DNA of 64,000 bases from Candidatus Nezhaarchaeales archaeon (GTDB lineage Archaea; Thermoproteota; Methanomethylicia; Nezhaarchaeales; WYZ-LMO8): NCBI GenBank assembly GCA_038887515.1, contig JAWAKK010000002.1, positions 160,001-224,000 on the forward strand. The letters run 5' to 3'. The notes under the pieces are model-generated. The model was not told the DNA's origin. It did no database searches and saw nothing but the letters and a program-made list of their open reading frames with translations. The first letter of the stretch is position 1. Each line of letters opens with the position of its first letter. This document shows positions 61,487 to 64,000 of the stretch, in pieces. The position numbers were made by a program, and so were the translations under genes.

Positions 61487-63176
61487 ATGAAATACATTTT
61501 CATTACAGGAGGTGTTTTATCAAGCGTAGGTAAGGGGGCCGTGACTGCTTCGATAGGCAAGATGCTCCAGGTTAGAGGCTTTTCTGTAACGGCAATAAAG
61601 ATAGACCCATAGGCCTTAGGGGCCGGGTAAACATAAACGTTGATGCTGGAACAATGAACCCATAGGCTCTGAGCTGGAGGCTTAGAGCCGGGTATATATG
61701 CATGGCGAGGTCTTCGTGACGGAGGATGGCGGCGAGGTAGACCTAGATCTCGGTCACTATGAGCGTTTTCTCGATATAGACCTATCAAAGGACAACAACA
61801 TTACGACTGGACAAGTGTACATGGTGGTCATAGAGGCCGAGAGGAGGGGGAAGTACCTCGGCAAGTGCGTACAAATAATACCTCACATAACCGACGAGGT
61901 GAAGAGGAGGATAAGGTTAGTAGCTCAGAAGAGCAACGTGGACGTGACGCTCGTAGAATGTGGAGGCACAACGGGGGACATAGAGGGACTCCCCTTCCTT
62001 GAGGCTATAAGGCAAATGAGACTTGAAGAGGGCTTTTCGAACACGCTCTTTGTTCATGTAGCCTTAGTTCCAATATTGGAAGTAACTGGAGAATTTAAGA
62101 CGAAACCTCTACAACACAGCGTCCAAGAGCTTAGACGCATAGGTATACAGCCCGACATCGTAGTGGCAAGGTGTAAGCAGCCGCTAGACGATGAAGCCAA
62201 GAAGAAAATAGCGCTTTACAGCAACGTCCCTGAAGAGGCGGTGTTCACGTCTTACGATGTGGACTGCATATACGAGCTTCCAATAATACTTGATGGACAG
62301 GGAATGGGCGCTTACATATGTAAGCGGCTTACGCTAGATGGATGTAAAGCCGACTGGTCTTCGTGGAGGGAGATAGTTGAGAGGTATAGAAGTTTTAAGT
62401 ACGAAGTCGAAGTATGCATGTGCGGTAAGTACACGAAGCTAAAGGACTCTTACATAAGCATAATAGAGGCCTTAAAGCATGCGGGCGCAGCCCTTGAAAC
62501 TAAGGTTAACATGACATGGCTCGAGGCAACAACGTTCGAACAAGGAGAGGGCATACCTCGAGAGTTTCAGGATATTTTGAGTTCCTGTGATGGCATAATA
62601 GTACTGCCGGGCTTTGGGGCCCGTGGGGCAGAAGGTAAGATTAAGGTCATCAGATACGCAAGGGAAAACAAGGTACCGTTCCTGGGCATATGCTTTGGAA
62701 TGCAACTGGCAATTGTAGAGTTTGCACGAAACGTTGTAGGTCTCAAAGAAGCAAACACAACAGAACTTGATCCGTCAACGTACCACCCGGTTGTTGACCT
62801 CCTACCGGAACAGCACTACGTTAAGGAAGTAGGTGGTACTATGAGACTCGGGGCTCAGGCAACCGTGCTTGAACCCGGAACGAAAGTCTACGAGCTTTAT
62901 GGAAGGCCGATAATATTTGAAAGGCATAGGCATAGGTACGAGGTCAACCCGACCTACTGGTCTGTACTTCAAAGCCACGGTTTGGTCTTCTCCGGATATA
63001 GCATTGATAAACGGAGGGTGGAGTTCATAGAGCTCAGGGACCACCCATTCTTTGTTGCAACTCAATCGCACCCAGAGTTCAAGTCGAGGCCCAATAGACC
63101 CTCACCCATATATTACGGCTTCGTGAAGGCCTGCCTCGAGCATAGGCTTAAGAGATTATCAGCTCCGAAATGCTGA
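61487..63176 (+). CDS. pyrG: CTP synthase, split by two introns; join(61487..61610, 61631..61663, 61696..63176), 545 aa
   Basis: Spliced product reads [17 protein letters not shown]...[27 protein letters not shown]; also [16 protein letters not shown] and HPEF. Confidence 0.95.
61611..61630 (+). other. BHB-type mRNA intron 1 in pyrG (AGGCCUUAGGGGCCGGGUAA)
   Basis: ACCC/GGGU helix, bulges AU^A and AA^A, inner hairpin GGCC-UUAGG-GGCC. Confidence 0.9.
61664..61695 (+). other. BHB-type mRNA intron 2 in pyrG (AGGCUCUGAGCUGGAGGCUUAGAGCCGGGUAU)
   Basis: ACCC/GGGU helix, bulges AU^A and AU^A, 10-bp inner stem GGCUCUGAGC/GCUUAGAGCC. Confidence 0.92.
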
Positions 63177-63186
63177 TGGTCAAAGG

Positions 63187-64000
63187 CTATGAACGCTTGA
63201 ACGAAGCATAAGCTTCTCGCATCGCTTCTACGAACCTCCTCGTAGCCTCTTCGGGGTTTGAAGACCTTGTTATCGCTGAGCCTACAATTATTATCTTGCA
63301 ACCACTTTTGACCAATTCTCTTATGTGCTCAAGCCTAACTCCGCCGGCTACAGCGACGGGTACCTTCACGGAATTGACTACTTCCTCAACGAGCTTTATC
63401 TTCCTAGTTACGTCCCTCTCCCTCATTTGCGTACTTATGCCCATATGCACGCATATTATATCGCATCCCAACTTCTCAACCTCCTTTGCCCTGGCGAGTG
63501 GATCCTGTACATTTATCAGGTCACACATTATCTTGACGTTGTACTTCCTAGCAGCACCTACAGCATCTTTAATAGTGTAGTCGTCGGTAGCGCCCAACAC
63601 CGTAACTACATCAGCCCCAGCTTCGGCTGCAAGCTCCACTTCGAGCCAACCCGTGTCAAAGGTTTTGAGGTCGGCTACTATAGTAGCATAAGGGAACCTC
63701 CTTCTAAACTCCTTCACTGCTTCTAGGCCAGCGGACTTTATGAGTGGGGTCCCAACCTCGATGATCTCGGCTCCTCCTCTATAGCAGGCCTCGGCTATGC
63801 TTAGCCCATCTTTCATATACCTTTCATCTATTGCTACCTGTAGCTTGGGCCCCGTGTAGAGGGGCTCGAGACCTAACTGCTGGAGCTTCTTGTCTGTGGG
63901 TACTCCGTGATAGTTCCAGCCTCTAATAGCATAATAAGAATCGATTAATCTCGTTAGGTCGACAACTTCTCCCTTGGATGCCCCCTCTCTCAACTTTTCA
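63187..64000 (-). CDS. Fusion of an aldehyde:ferredoxin oxidoreductase-like C-terminus with 3-hexulose-6-phosphate synthase (5' end outside window)
   Basis: EGASKGEVVDL...YYAIRGW...GVPT..KL..LGL (AOR end) runs in frame into PKLQVAID, IEVGTPLIK, ADLKTFDTG and VAGG (HPS/KGPDC barrel). Confidence 0.8.
   Translation of the reverse strand, partial: EKLREGASKGEVVDLTRLIDSYYAIRGWNYHGVPTDKKLQQLGLEPLYTGPKLQVAIDERYMKDGLSIAEACYRGGAEIIEVGTPLIKSAGLEAVKEFRRRFPYATIVADLKTFDTGWLEVELAAEAGADVVTVLGATDDYTIKDAVGAARKYNVKIMCDLINVQDPLARAKEVEKLGCDIICVHMGISTQMRERDVTRKIKLVEEVVNSVKVPVAVAGGVRLEHIRELVKSGCKIIIVGSAITRSSNPEEATRRFVEAMREAYASFKRS

Noticed and set aside
61611-61695. Alternative explanations for the pyrG/purA breaks: pseudogenes, programmed frameshift, UAG readthrough, inteins
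   Set aside because: The rest of each gene is intact, extra nucleotides must be removed to restore the motifs, the lengths are not multiples of three, and the boundaries coincide with the EndA cut rule in all three cases
63848-63867. GC hairpin (GCCCC-UCUACAC-GGGGC) at the AOR-HPS junction
   Set aside because: No central helix or bulge arrangement, and the reading frame is intact without any removal
1-64000. CRISPR arrays, IS elements, integrases, rRNA genes
   Set aside because: No regularly spaced repeats, transposase or integrase motifs, or rRNA-like sequence were seen by eye

Overview
This 64 kb window is gene-dense archaeal chromosome, probably Thermoproteota/TACK. That placement is inferred from eS30, an RPC34-like TFE-beta, SRP19, fibrillarin/Nop5, GatDE and many TTG/GTG starts; a methanogen-type SerRS hints at a Methanomethylicia-like lineage. 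Most of it is housekeeping: translation, RNA modification, transcription factors, and nucleotide and amino-acid biosynthesis. It has four intron-less tRNAs (iMet, Ser-GCT, Thr-TGT, Pro-TGG). The main result is three tiny introns (17, 20 and 32 nt) with bulge-helix-bulge-like (BHB) geometry inside protein-coding genes: two in pyrG (CTP synthase) and one in purA (adenylosuccinate synthetase). Each interrupts a highly conserved motif and creates a stop if retained. Cutting each at the canonical tRNA-splicing-endonuclease positions restores the motif exactly. Other observations: a likely replication origin (inverted ORB boxes around an AT-rich stretch) next to a winged-helix gene rather than cdc6; an aldehyde:ferredoxin oxidoreductase-HPS fusion at the window end; a dual-guide C/D box sRNA candidate; a P-type ATPase pseudogene in a tRNA-bounded accessory block; and several genes that seem to need non-canonical (CTG/TTA) starts. 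All calls come from reading the sequence by eye; no database searches were run.
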